64,000 bases of DNA from assembly GCA_943787795.1 (NCBI GenBank), contig CALSNU010000004.1, positions 704,001 through 768,000 on the forward strand, in the 5' to 3' direction. The stretch is from an uncultured bacterium. GTDB taxonomy: Bacteria > Planctomycetota > UBA1135 > GCA-002686595. A model generated the notes under the pieces. The model searched no databases and was not told where the DNA came from. It saw nothing but the letters and a program-made list of their open reading frames with translations. The position numbers and the translations under genes are program-made. Of this stretch, positions 1 through 9,871 are shown piece by piece. Position 1 is the stretch's first letter. Each line of letters begins with the position of its first letter.

Positions 1-12
1 GCGTCGAGGCTC

Positions 13-621
13 ATGGATACGACACCCCGGGAGGAAGCCGACGGAGCCTCCGTCGACCGTCGCGCGGTCGACACGGTCGCCGATGCTCTCGAACTCGGGC
101 CGGCGCCAGCTCTTCCGGGACCGTCGCGTTCACCGGACGAAGTCGGCCCACGGCCGACGGACGAGGGGGTCGAGGAAGAGAGCGGGCCCGAGGAGTTGGA
201 GTCGGACGAGGATCTACCCGAACGGGTCGCTGTCCTGGACAAAGTACGTGCTCACACACAGGGTATGCCGCAGCGAAGCGCCATCGAGCAGGCGCGCGCA
301 GCGAACGTCCTGCTCACTGCCAGCGTCACCGCGATCCTGGATGCACGCGGTGACTTCACGATCGTCCTTCCGGACTCGGGCGGGGACCGCTTCGACGTCC
401 CAGCCGGGATGCACTGTCTCCTGAATGGCGATCGGAGGTACACCTTCTCGGTCGACGAGTTCCCGGAGTTCTCCGAGGTCGTCGAGATCCTCAAGGGCCG
501 AGGAGAGACGGTCGTAGGGATCGACCCGCAGGAAGTCGGCACGTCGCTGGCGCCGACGCTCAAGGATCAGATCGACCTCCGCTTTCAGGAGGCGCGCGGT
601 CTCGCGTGGACCCTACGCTGA
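13..621 (+). CDS. hypothetical protein (202 aa, acidic N-terminus)
   Basis: ATG-started ORF with high-GC coding codon pattern; no family recognised. Confidence 0.6.
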   Translation: MDTTPREEADGASVDRRAVDTVADALELGPAPALPGPSRSPDEVGPRPTDEGVEEESGPEELESDEDLPERVAVLDKVRAHTQGMPQRSAIEQARAANVLLTASVTAILDARGDFTIVLPDSGGDRFDVPAGMHCLLNGDRRYTFSVDEFPEFSEVVEILKGRGETVVGIDPQEVGTSLAPTLKDQIDLRFQEARGLAWTLR

Positions 622-665
622 CGGTCTTGTTCCTCGGGACGTCGCGGACTCGAGAACGACCGCCC

Positions 666-708
666 ACGATCCGCTGCTCCGCCAAGTGGCAGTTTGGATC
701 GCTTATCC
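666..708 (+). repeat. dispersed element copy 1 (43 bp, identical to 1619-1661); IS91/ISCR oriIS-like end
   Basis: ACGATCCGCTGCTCCGCCAAGTGGCAGTTTGGATCGCTTATCC read directly at both positions. Confidence 0.9.
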
Positions 709-799
709 ACGGCTCGAGCGGGCAGGCGACCGACCTAAGCCTAACAGGGGCTCAGGAATCCCTCCCGAGGGTAGCCGCGCACGCGACGCGGAGCACCGG

Positions 800-1141
800 T
801 CAGATCGCTGTCCCGCCCGACTCGCCCGTGCGGACCCGGACGCACTGCTGCAGCTCGGTGACGAAGATCTTCCCGTCCCCCACCTCGCCCTCTCCACGGC
901 GAGCCGCCTCGAGGATCGCGTCGATGGTCACCTGGGCGAACTCGTCGTTGCACGCGATGTCGACGCGGATCTTGGGCACGAGCTCGGGCCCCACCTCGAG
1001 CCCTCATTAGATCTCCAGACTCTCCGCCTGGCCCCTCCCGGAGCAGCGGGTGACGGTGATGCGGGTGATGTCCGCCTTGATGAGCGCCTGCCGGACCTGG
1101 TCCATCCGCTCGGGGCAGATGATGGCGGTGATGAGCTTCAT
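800..1141 (-). pseudogene. glnK: P-II nitrogen regulator (GlnK/GlnB) pseudogene with two consecutive in-frame stops
   Basis: MKLITAII...GRGQAESLEI**GLEVGPELVPKIRVDIA...GEVGDGKIFV...VRVRTGE; 114 codons, which is P-II length; TAA (1007-1009) and TGA (1004-1006) replace the YR of the T-loop YRG; lies downstream of an amtB fragment. Confidence 0.9.
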
Positions 1142-1161
1142 GGGGCGTTCCTCCTGCTCGC

Positions 1162-1593
1162 TCAGTTGGGGTTCAAGAGGCCGTAGCCGTGCTCGCTGTG
1201 CATGCTGTGGTCCATTCCCGCGAGCTCGCCGCGCTCCTCGAGTCGGAGGCCGACGGTCTTCTCCACGAGCACCAGCAGGACCAACGTGCCCACCGCGGAG
1301 GCGGCGCCCGCCACGAGCACCCCCATGACCTGGTGGCCGAACTGCACCCAGATCCCGCCCTCGGGCACGTCGCGCAGGAAGAAGGTGAGGCCGAGGGCCC
1401 CGATGATGCCGCCGACGCCGTGGATGCCGAAGACGTCCAGGGTGTCGTCGTATCCCATACGGTTCTTGATGGCGATGGCGCCGTAGCAAGCCGCAGACGC
1501 CATGGGCCCGAGGGCCATGGCCCCCACGGGCAGCACGTCACCGGCCGCGGGAGTCACCGCCACGAGGCCCGCGAGGGTCCCCGAGACGAGCCC
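1162..1593 (-). pseudogene. amtB: ammonium transporter AmtB, 3' fragment only
   Basis: GLVSGTLAGLVAVTPAAG...YDDTLDVFGIHGVGGIIG...GMDHSMHSEHGY are Amt C-terminal motifs; the N-terminal two thirds are missing and the frame is cut at repeat copy 2. Confidence 0.9.
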
Positions 1594-1595
1594 TG

Positions 1596-1661
1596 CTGTC
1601 TCCCTTCACCCACCCCCGACGATCCGCTGCTCCGCCAAGTGGCAGTTTGGATCGCTTATCC
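1596..1661 (+). repeat. dispersed element copy 2
   Basis: CTGTCTCCCTTCACCCACCCCCG followed by the 43-bp core; abuts the amtB truncation point. Confidence 0.9.
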
Positions 1662-1683
1662 GCTCGCGCCTCGGCAGCAGAGA

Positions 1684-4600
1684 CTAGCGTGAGTCGCCGG
1701 TCTCCAGGACTCCGTCCTCGGGGCTCCGTGGCTGGCCGTCGGCGTCTCCCTCCATGCGGGCAAGCGCCTTCCGGTAGGGGTGGTCCTGGGTACTTCCCGC
1801 CAATTCGAGCGCCCGGCTCATGGTGGAGATCGCCTCATCGGTCTTGCCGCATGCGAACTGCGCCCAGCCCAGGGTGTAGAGGGGCACCGCGCTACCGGGC
1901 TCCCTTCGGGCGGCGATCGTGGCGAGCCGAAGTCCCAGCTCCACGTCCGTCTCCGCGTTCTCCCGGTCGGGGTCCACGAGCGCGAAGGCGACGCGGAGCA
2001 AGTCGCGTAGCGCCGGCCCGCGATAGCGGGCGGCGGCTTCCAGGGTCGCCTCACGCAGGGCGCCGCTGAGGGAACTGTCACCCTCAAGGTCCTCTCGCCA
2101 GGAGGTCTCCCCGGGGTCCCTCAGGTAGCGCTCTCGAACGATCTGCTGGGCCTCCGCGCGTAACCTCTCATCGGCTTCGCGGAGCGGCTTCGCGCGCCAG
2201 CTCGGGAGCGCCTCGTCGACCCGGCTCTCCAGGATCAGCAGGTCGCCGCTGGTGGTCCCTGCGGCGAGACGCGTGCCCGCTGAGTTCCATTGCAGCCTGC
2301 AGATGACGCGCTCCGGGTCGTAGAGGCTCAGGACCGGCTCTCCCAGCTCGCCCTCCTGGATCCTCAGATCGCCCCCCAGGGACGCGCTCGCGATGCGATC
2401 CCCCTCGCGCGACCAGCTGACCACCCTCCGGTCCGAGCCTGCGCTGATGATCTCGACCGCTGCCTTGCTGCTCAGGGGCTCGATCCACTGGAGGCTGCCG
2501 TCCGTGCCGGACAGGACCAACCGTTGACCGTCGGCAGACCAGGCGATGCCGGCGACTCCAGATCCGGTCGGAGCCGGGAGGCGGGTCCTCGTCGCCAGGT
2601 CCCAGACCGCGACTTCCGCCTGGAGACCCTCATCGACGATCGCGGCCAAGAGGCGTCCGTCCGGACGGACGGTGAGGCCTCGGATCTTGGAACCGCCCAT
2701 GGCCACGGAGAAGAACTCGCGGTCCTGCTCGGTGACGTCGTCCCCCTCCAGCGTCCACTCCACATCGAACGCTCGATCCTTGAGGTCTGTGGGAAGCGTG
2801 AGAGAGCTCTGGCGAGCTCCGCTGACGGCGTCCAGGACCAGCACCTCGTGCTCGTCGGTACCCGCCAGGAGCATGGAGCCATCCGGGGTCCAAGCCAGCC
2901 CCGTGACCATGGCGTCGACCTTGTCGAGCTCGCGCACGACTGCGCCTGTGGAGCCCTCCCGGATGACCAGGCCGCCTCCGGGGCCGATCGAGGCGAGCTC
3001 GGTGCCAGTGGGAGACCACGCGAACGGCAGGGGCTGCCCCGCCGGCATGCCGTGCGTGTTCAGGAGACGCCCCGTCTCGCTATGGAAGACCCTCAGCGTT
3101 CGATCCTCTTCACCGGTCGTGACGAGCCGGGTGCCATCCGGGCTCCAGGCGAGATGCTCGATGGGCCCCTGGTGACCGCTCAGGACGACTGCGGCTTCGT
3201 TCCCGGGCAGGCTGAAGACCCTGACCTTGCCCGTACTCGAGATCGACGCGACCTGAGCCCCCGTGGGCGCCCAGGTGAGGTCCACGGCCTCCTCGGTGGC
3301 GATCCGGAAGGTCTGGATCACCCGGCCCACGTCGGCGCTTCGCGCCGTGGACTCGCCGCCCTTGATGGAGAGGACCTGCTCACCGGTCGGGCTCCACTCG
3401 GCGACGGGGCGGAAGTAGCCCGAGCTGAGCGTCCACACCGCGGCGCCGGTCCTGGCTTCGATCGTCTGGAGTGAGAAGTCCGCGCAGACGAGGATCTTTG
3501 ACCCGTCGGGGCTGACGTCGATCCGGCGCAGCTGTTGGGGCTTCTCGAATAGCCGCCTGGGCTGCTGCTCCTGGACCGGACCCCAGGACAGGAGCGTGCT
3601 CTCCCCGAGAATGAAGAGCTCATCGGCGTCCAGCGGGTGCCAGGCGAGGTCCTTGACAGGTTCGCGCACCTCGACGGTCGAGGTGCTGCGCCTCGTGACC
3701 ACGTCCCACACTTGAGCGGTGCCGTCGGGGCCCCCAGCTGTGGCCACCTGCCGTCCGTCGGCACTCCATGCCACGGCCTCGAGTGGCGACCCTTGCCCTT
3801 GATCTGAGAAGACCCGGGCGCCGGTCGCGACGTCCCAGACGAGGAGCCCCCCTTCAGAGTCCACCGCGGCGACTCGCCTCCCGGCAGGCTCCCAAGCGAG
3901 GGAGGTCACCTTCTCCGAGAGCCCCTCCAGGGTCTTGACCACCTCGCTCGTGGCCGTGTCAACGATCTGGACCCGGTGGTCACCGAAGCTCGCGGCTAGA
4001 AGAGAGCTGTTCGGGCTCCATTCGATCCTGTGGTCAGACGAGAACTCGGCCAGCGGGGAGAGGCTCGAGAGCTGAATCGAGGAGAGGCTGGGATCAAGCT
4101 GGAGGTTCAGGTGTCCCCACTCAAACCCGCGAAGGTGCTCAGGGGTCCTCCGGAGCCACGCGGTGGCGCTCGCCCGATCGCCCTGGTCGAGGGCCGACTG
4201 GGCCGCGAGGATGCTGGCGGTGTAGGCGCTGCGCTGGGCCGAATCGCGCTCTTGCTCGGCCATGGCCAGGGCCTCTCGGGTTCGGTCCGCCGAGCGGCCC
4301 GCGGCCGCGGCGTTCAGGTGGGCCAGGACCCCAAGCCACGAGATCAACGCGATCGACAGCAGGCCGCCCGCTGCGAGGAGGCTCCGGGTCGGGTGGCGCT
4401 TGATCCACTTCCGTGCGACCTGCAGCGCAGTGGGGGGCGTCGCGAGGATCGGCTCCTCGGCGAGATAGCGACGCAGGTCGTCCGCGAGCTCGGCCATGGT
4501 CGCGTAGCGCCCGTTGGGGTCCTTCTCGAGGGCCTTTCCGCAGATCACGGCGAGCTCGGTGGGGACCTTGGAGCGAACCTCATTGGCTGGCGGTGGGTCA

Positions 4601-5385
4601 ACGACGAGGATCTTCTGGGCGATCTGCTCGGTCGTGTCTCCAGCGAAGGGCCTGATCAGGGTCAACAGCTCGTAGAGGACGACCCCTAGGCTGAACTGGT
4701 CCGTGCGATGGTCGACGCCAGCGCGTTTCGCAGCCACCTGCTCGGGGCTCATGTAGAAGTACGTTCCGATCAGCTCGCCGGCCGACGAGATCGAACGCTC
4801 ATCGACCACCTTGGCGAGGCCGAAGTCCGTGATCTTCGGCAGGTCGTCCGGGGTCACGAGGATGTTGGCGGGCTTGATGTCACGGTGGATGACCCCCACC
4901 TCGTGCGCGGCGTGGAGCGCCTCGGCGGCGCGCGCGACGAACGACGCCACCTGCGGGTAGTAGTCCGCCGTGACGTCCTGGGGCTCGCGGATCGAGTCGA
5001 TGGACTGGCGCAGGTCGCAGGAGTCCTCGACGAGCTCCATGCAGATCCAGTACAGCCCGTCATCCTCGCCGCTGCCGTGGACCGCGACGATCCCCGGGTG
5101 GGAGAGTCGGCCGGCGGCGCGGGCCTCTCTGGTAAAGAAGTCGATCCCGCGCTCGGTGACCTGGTCCGGCAGGAGGACCTTCAGGGCGACGCGTCGCGAG
5201 AGCGAGCGCTGCTCGGCGATCCAGACCTCGCCCATGCCGCCGCGGCCGAGGAGGCTGAGCAGCCGAAAGTCACCGACCTCCTTGCCCTCGTGGGCGTGGT
5301 GAGCGCTGGCGCGAGGGCGCTCGGCCCCACCCTGGTGGAGGACCGAATTTCCCCAGTCAGGGGAGGGTGGAGGTGAAGGGCCCAA
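1684..5385 (-). CDS. Hanks-type Ser/Thr protein kinase with WD40 propellers and C-terminal TPR
   Basis: [43 protein letters not shown] segment; many WSPDG/WD repeats; start uncertain (TTG). Confidence 0.92.
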   Translation of the reverse strand: MGPSPPPSPDWGNSVLHQGGAERPRASAHHAHEGKEVGDFRLLSLLGRGGMGEVWIAEQRSLSRRVALKVLLPDQVTERGIDFFTREARAAGRLSHPGIVAVHGSGEDDGLYWICMELVEDSCDLRQSIDSIREPQDVTADYYPQVASFVARAAEALHAAHEVGVIHRDIKPANILVTPDDLPKITDFGLAKVVDERSISSAGELIGTYFYMSPEQVAAKRAGVDHRTDQFSLGVVLYELLTLIRPFAGDTTEQIAQKILVVDPPPANEVRSKVPTELAVICGKALEKDPNGRYATMAELADDLRRYLAEEPILATPPTALQVARKWIKRHPTRSLLAAGGLLSIALISWLGVLAHLNAAAAGRSADRTREALAMAEQERDSAQRSAYTASILAAQSALDQGDRASATAWLRRTPEHLRGFEWGHLNLQLDPSLSSIQLSSLSPLAEFSSDHRIEWSPNSSLLAASFGDHRVQIVDTATSEVVKTLEGLSEKVTSLAWEPAGRRVAAVDSEGGLLVWDVATGARVFSDQGQGSPLEAVAWSADGRQVATAGGPDGTAQVWDVVTRRSTSTVEVREPVKDLAWHPLDADELFILGESTLLSWGPVQEQQPRRLFEKPQQLRRIDVSPDGSKILVCADFSLQTIEARTGAAVWTLSSGYFRPVAEWSPTGEQVLSIKGGESTARSADVGRVIQTFRIATEEAVDLTWAPTGAQVASISSTGKVRVFSLPGNEAAVVLSGHQGPIEHLAWSPDGTRLVTTGEEDRTLRVFHSETGRLLNTHGMPAGQPLPFAWSPTGTELASIGPGGGLVIREGSTGAVVRELDKVDAMVTGLAWTPDGSMLLAGTDEHEVLVLDAVSGARQSSLTLPTDLKDRAFDVEWTLEGDDVTEQDREFFSVAMGGSKIRGLTVRPDGRLLAAIVDEGLQAEVAVWDLATRTRLPAPTGSGVAGIAWSADGQRLVLSGTDGSLQWIEPLSSKAAVEIISAGSDRRVVSWSREGDRIASASLGGDLRIQEGELGEPVLSLYDPERVICRLQWNSAGTRLAAGTTSGDLLILESRVDEALPSWRAKPLREADERLRAEAQQIVRERYLRDPGETSWREDLEGDSSLSGALREATLEAAARYRGPALRDLLRVAFALVDPDRENAETDVELGLRLATIAARREPGSAVPLYTLGWAQFACGKTDEAISTMSRALELAGSTQDHPYRKALARMEGDADGQPRSPEDGVLETGDSR

Positions 5386-5517
5386 GCGAGGTATTCAGGG
5401 GGAGAGAGGTTGGGGCGGGTCCTTCTAACGCCAGCGCCCTGCCGGGCGAGGGTGGCGAACCGCGCGACAAGCACCGGCGCAGACGCGCCTTGGACATAAT
5501 CCTAGCAGGGCGCGGGT

Positions 5518-5564
5518 GATAAGCGATCCAGGCTGCGACTTGGCGGAGCATAGGATCGCTTGTC
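5518..5564 (-). repeat. dispersed element copy 3 (inverted)
   Basis: Reverse complement GACAAGCGATCCTATGCTCCGCCAAGTCGCAGCCTGGATCGCTTATC. Confidence 0.85.
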
Positions 5565-5577
5565 CGTCCCCCCCACC

Positions 5578-7443
5578 TCACGGGCAGGTCTGAATCGCGA
5601 GGGCATTCGACAGGCTCGGAGACAGGCCCTGGCTCAGCGCCTGCACCGCGAACTGACCGCTGGAGAGCGCCGTCCATCCAGCGGCGCCGGGGTGCCACGG
5701 GAGGAGAGCCGCGCCCCCCGGCCCGGCCTGCCCGTGCGCGATCACGCGGCGACCGCCGCCGAGGCAGAGGCTCCCCGCAGGCACGCCCATCGGCAGGCCG
5801 CGCTGGCCGCCCACGAGGGCGACGGTGGCGCCGGGCGCCGCGTCGGTCAGCACGAAGTGCAGGCTGCTCGCTGCCTGCGGCGGCATCAGCTCGAGCTGCG
5901 GCGCGCCGGCTCCCTGGTCGCAGAAGGACACCACGTCGAAGCAAGGACCGGTGCCGTCCAGCGGCACCCGGGTGTAGGGAGCGCTGATCGGGAGCGTATG
6001 GCCATCGACGGTCGCGGTGTGGGTGGTGACCAGGTCGATGGACGTGCGCCCCGGCTCCAGCAGAATCGAGACGGTCCAGGTGCTGCCGCTCCCCACCATC
6101 TCGGCCCAGTTCTCCGCAGGGAAGAGGTCGTAGAGATACCAGGACGATCCGTCCGGGCCGCGGTCGTACATCCAGAAGACGCGGCTCTCCTCGGGCTCGC
6201 CGCCCTCGGGGAAGGTCACCGTGACGTCGAGCTCAGCGCCGTTGACCACCGCGGAGATCTCAGGCGTCTCGAGCCCGCCCCCGGCGCCGAACAGCTGCTC
6301 GGCGAAGAAGGCGGGGTTCACGCCGTTCGTAGGCGCCTCGGGATGACCCGAGCGGTCGTGGCCGCCGTTGGGGACGATGTAGGTCCGCAGGCCGGGCAGG
6401 ACCGTGCTCGTGCCGGGCACGTCGTACGCGACCCAGTCGTGGGAGCCCGGGAGGCTGAAGATCTCGACGCCCCGGTCCGTGAGCTGCTCCCAATTCTCGC
6501 TCACGTAGAGGTCGTCGGCGACGCCGTCGAAGGCCGCCTGCAGCTCCGCCTCGGTCCACCCGTACGCAAGGATGGCCGCGCGGATCTCGTCCCCGGACCG
6601 GAAGCCCTTGGAGTAGTAGGACCAAGGCTGATCGCCGGCCGGGAGGCCTGCGGCCACGGCCAGGTCGAAGTCTTCGTCCGCGGCAAGGACGTCGGTGACG
6701 GCGTCGAGGTCACCAGATCGGACGGGGGACCGGGCCGTGAACGCGTGTGTGCTCCGGACCGCCGTGATGCGCTCGTCGTGGATGGACGAGATCAGGGGCG
6801 CGATGCCGTTCTTGGAGTTGCCGTGCGCGATCACCGGACCAGGCTGAATCAGGGGGTCGTCGAAGGCCGCAGTGATCGAGCGCATCATGGTGGCGCTCCA
6901 CAGGAAGACCTCCGTGTAGCGGTAGTCGAGGGTCTCGACGAAGCGACCACGCATGACAGTCGTCGAGGGGAGATTGTCGTAGGAGCTGACGGGGCCGATC
7001 CTCGGTGTGACGACACCGACGCCGCCGTCGATGGCCAGCTGGGTCCCGTCGCTCACGAAGAGCTCCTGATCGCCGTCACCGAGGTCCTTGCGGCCTCCGA
7101 TCACGAATCCGTTGACCGGGCCCGTAAGAGGGACGATGAGCCTGACCGGGACACGGATCTCCACGCCCGTCCACCATTCGTCGACGTGGATGTCGATGAG
7201 CTTCTGGCGGGTGGTGCCGCCGACGGTGTCCACGTGCCAGTCCTCCAAGACGACGACGTCCAACGTGCTCGCGTCGGTCATGGTCGGCATGTGGAACGGC
7301 TCGTCGGGGGTGGGCCCGCTCAGCTGCACGGAGCCCGTGGCATCGCCGGGAGTCGCGCCCTGCGCGAGCGCAACGGAAGGCATCAGGAAGGCCAGGGCAA
7401 CGACGCCCCTGACTGAAAGCGTGATCACGGTCGTGTGGGTCAT
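5578..7443 (-). CDS. secreted alpha/beta-hydrolase, PqaA (PhoPQ-activated pathogenicity protein)-like, with Cys-containing C-terminal tail domain
   Basis: Signal peptide ...SVALAQG; GNSKNG nucleophile motif followed by DERITAV; candidate Asp (GSHD) and His (NGGH); tail SFC...GSLCLGG...LSNALAIQTCP; SD-like GAAGGGGAAG before ATG 7443. Confidence 0.65.
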   Translation of the reverse strand: MTHTTVITLSVRGVVALAFLMPSVALAQGATPGDATGSVQLSGPTPDEPFHMPTMTDASTLDVVVLEDWHVDTVGGTTRQKLIDIHVDEWWTGVEIRVPVRLIVPLTGPVNGFVIGGRKDLGDGDQELFVSDGTQLAIDGGVGVVTPRIGPVSSYDNLPSTTVMRGRFVETLDYRYTEVFLWSATMMRSITAAFDDPLIQPGPVIAHGNSKNGIAPLISSIHDERITAVRSTHAFTARSPVRSGDLDAVTDVLAADEDFDLAVAAGLPAGDQPWSYYSKGFRSGDEIRAAILAYGWTEAELQAAFDGVADDLYVSENWEQLTDRGVEIFSLPGSHDWVAYDVPGTSTVLPGLRTYIVPNGGHDRSGHPEAPTNGVNPAFFAEQLFGAGGGLETPEISAVVNGAELDVTVTFPEGGEPEESRVFWMYDRGPDGSSWYLYDLFPAENWAEMVGSGSTWTVSILLEPGRTSIDLVTTHTATVDGHTLPISAPYTRVPLDGTGPCFDVVSFCDQGAGAPQLELMPPQAASSLHFVLTDAAPGATVALVGGQRGLPMGVPAGSLCLGGGRRVIAHGQAGPGGAALLPWHPGAAGWTALSSGQFAVQALSQGLSPSLSNALAIQTCP

Positions 7444-7724
7444 GGACTCTTCCCCTTCGTACTGAAGGAGGACGGCAGGCAGGGTTGGCGGGTTGGCTGA
7501 GGCGCCCTTGCGGACGACGCCTTGAACCGACCTGCTCACCGACGGTTCCGCTCGACCTGCGGATCCGCAGGGCTCCCTGTCGCCGCGTGGGCCGTGGACT
7601 TGAGATACGGCCACCAGGCTGGAGCCGAGCGCCGGTCCGCAACGACCCTCCGGGACACGCCGGCATCGCGTGATGCTCCCACCGCGCGAGCTCATCGAGA
7701 GACCTCGGGGTGCAGAAGCGCCAG

Positions 7725-7947
7725 TCCCCTCCCCCGGGCGCCTGCTGCGCGTCGTTGCCCCACGGAGCGGTACCGGGATGAGCGGCGAGGCTTCTTCCGC
7801 CCATCCCCTTGCGGATCCAGGGGACGTCCCAAGTATCGACCAAGCGGGCTCTCAGCGGCCCGTCCCTGGGCCGCCCATCGCCCGTGCGTTCTGCTCCTCT
7901 TCACCCCCACACCATCCCATGCCCCGCCAAGGCGCAGCTTGGATTGC
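7725..7947 (+). mobile_element. long (~220 bp) copy 4 of the dispersed element; diverged inverted homologue of 18751-18980
   Basis: Shared blocks CCCCACGGARCGGTACC, CCCCTTGCGGAT, GACGTCCC, GACCAAGC, CCCTGGG, CATCGCCCGTG, CTTCACCCCCA and the core CCGCCAAGGCGCAGCTTGGAT. Confidence 0.75.
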
Positions 7948-8029
7948 AGGTCCCCAGTTCCTGAGCCCCTGCTAGCTTCAGGCGGACCGCTTGACCGCTC
8001 GAGCCCACCCCTGATCCGCGACCTCCGTC

Positions 8030-8527
8030 ATGAGCATCAGTACGCCCCGGCCCTCCTCCAGCATCCTCGCGGCGCTCCTCCTCCCGCTCCTCCTCGGCGC
8101 GCTTGCCCTGGGGAGCTGCGGTGGTTCCCGCACCCCCTTCGGCTTCGTTCATGATGGACAGACGGCGCTCGAGGATGTCCGCGTGACCGGAAGCTCCGGT
8201 CAAGACCTCTTCGATGGCCTCGGGCACTACCTCGTGATCACGAACGGCGCCGAAGAAGATCTCATCGAGGCGGACCTGATCTTCAACGACGAGTTCCGAT
8301 GCGACGTCAAGAAGCTCCTCGTGCACCGGGGGTTCTGGGACGGTACTGCCCCCTTCGGCAGGTCGACGCTGGGGCCGGGAGAGTCGGTGGAGTTCGGCTT
8401 CAGCCACGACATTCCTAACCGGCACCTCATGGTGAACGCAGAGGGTGAGTGCCTCCCCAAAGAAGCCCAGCTCACCTCCGTGACGATCGAGGCGGAAGGG
8501 CAGGTCGGGCGCTGGACCCGGCCCTGA
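8030..8527 (+). CDS. hypothetical lipoprotein
   Basis: Hydrophobic signal ending LALGSC (lipobox); coding-type codon usage. Confidence 0.7.
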   Translation: MSISTPRPSSSILAALLLPLLLGALALGSCGGSRTPFGFVHDGQTALEDVRVTGSSGQDLFDGLGHYLVITNGAEEDLIEADLIFNDEFRCDVKKLLVHRGFWDGTAPFGRSTLGPGESVEFGFSHDIPNRHLMVNAEGECLPKEAQLTSVTIEAEGQVGRWTRP

Positions 8528-8884
8528 TCTCCCTGACGAGCCGGAGCGGCGAGGCTCAGCGGAATCGCCAGGTGACCGGCTCGGCGCCCCGGTCCCAGCT
8601 TCGGAGTTCCCGGGTCGCGGCGTGGTAGCACCAGGCGGGGGTCTGCGTGCCGACAGGGAGAAGTCACCCGCTCCACGGTCTTACCCTCCCCTCGGGGCGG
8701 GGCTTGGGGCGGAAGGCAGGGCAGGGAAGAGCGCGCGGCGGTCCCCCTGACGGGCCTGCGGTCCGCCGCCCTGGAGCGTCATGGCGGGCGCCGATCCCGG
8801 AATGGGACCAGATCAATCCGTCAGGAGCGGCGAACAGCACTCGCTGGACTAACCTCGGACACGTCCTACCCCGCTCCCTCCCCA

Positions 8885-9871
8885 ATGGCCACACCGATGT
8901 TCCCTCCTACCAATCCCGATGAGCCTCGCTCCCTGCGAGGCCTCCTGACCCGCACCGCGTTCTGTGGTGGACTCCTGCTCCTTGCCAGCAGCACCGCGCC
9001 GCCGCAGACGAGCGGCTTCCTCCAGGTCTCGTACCTGCCGGACCTGAGCGGGCTCGAGTACGCGGGCATGGACGTATTCCTCGCGGTCCACGACGCCAAG
9101 GACGAGCCGGCCGAGCTCAACCGACCGCGGGTCAGCCTGCTCATGTCGCCGCAGGACCCGCGGGGGGTCCTGTGGAAGCCGCTGCGCATGAATTGGCCCA
9201 CCCAGCCGAGCAACGACCTGGAGAGCGTGGCGCGCATCGGGAGCAGTGATCGCTATCTGCTCTGCGAGAGCGGCGACGACGACCCGCTTCGGACGCCGCG
9301 CATCTTCCGTGCGCTCGTCGCAGGGAACGAGATCGACATCGAGACCGAGGTGGACTGGCCGGTCCCGATCTCCAACGTGGAGGCGACGGCGGTGGCGCGG
9401 GTGCAGGGCCAGTTCTACTTCGTCTACGCCGAGCGTGCCGAGAACCAGCCCTCGACCCAACTGAACTGGGCACCCTTCAATCCAGGAACCATGCAGTTCG
9501 GCCCGTTCCAGTCGGTGACCCTCGACAACCCTGATCCGCAGAACACCGTCCGGGGCGTGGTGGGGCTCGAGGTGGACCCCGGTGGCCGCATCTACACGGT
9601 GGCCGCGTTCGACCCCGAGGCCGCGGGCCTGCCCGGTGATCCGGATTTTGGCCCGTTCAGGAGCTCGGTCTGGCGGGTGGGCCGGATCCGTCCCGCCATG
9701 GGGCCGGCGACCATCGACCTGGACCCCCAGCCCACCCGGGTCGCCACCATCGACGGCTTCAAGGCCGAGTCGGTGACCCTCGGCTTCGAGAACCAGCAGC
9801 CCACCATCTACGTTGGGTTTGACGACGAGAACTACGGGGGGACGCTGCGCCCCCTGGTTCCTGCTAACTGA
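8885..9871 (+). CDS. hypothetical secreted protein, probable beta-propeller
   Basis: N-terminal signal-like segment; repeated DLSGL / DLESVA / NVEATA / KAESVT blade-like motifs, ending DDENYGG. Confidence 0.65.
   Translation: MATPMFPPTNPDEPRSLRGLLTRTAFCGGLLLLASSTAPPQTSGFLQVSYLPDLSGLEYAGMDVFLAVHDAKDEPAELNRPRVSLLMSPQDPRGVLWKPLRMNWPTQPSNDLESVARIGSSDRYLLCESGDDDPLRTPRIFRALVAGNEIDIETEVDWPVPISNVEATAVARVQGQFYFVYAERAENQPSTQLNWAPFNPGTMQFGPFQSVTLDNPDPQNTVRGVVGLEVDPGGRIYTVAAFDPEAAGLPGDPDFGPFRSSVWRVGRIRPAMGPATIDLDPQPTRVATIDGFKAESVTLGFENQQPTIYVGFDDENYGGTLRPLVPAN

Noticed and set aside
666..708. Dispersed repeat as a coding motif (DPLLRQVAxWIAY, with many third-position differences between copies)
   Set aside because: No copy lies in a credible ORF, and indels just upstream break the frame. 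A distant coding origin cannot be fully excluded.
1004..1009. Stop-codon reassignment explaining the in-frame stops in glnK
   Set aside because: TGA, TAG and TAA end genes normally elsewhere in the window, and the neighbouring amtB is truncated, so decay is simpler.
666..1661. Dispersed repeat as integron attC site
   Set aside because: No RYYYAAC...GTTRRRY boxes, mixed orientations, and no intI gene.
5489..5517. CTTGGACATAAT resembling a XerD arm of dif
   Set aside because: No matching XerC arm at 6-bp spacing.
5560..7416. Long antisense or alternate-frame ORFs (e.g. 5560-7416+, 21300-23153+, 40667-42541-, 53260-55263+, 60648-62399+)
   Set aside because: They shadow well-supported genes, are Arg/Gly/Pro-rich without motifs, and are expected at this GC content.
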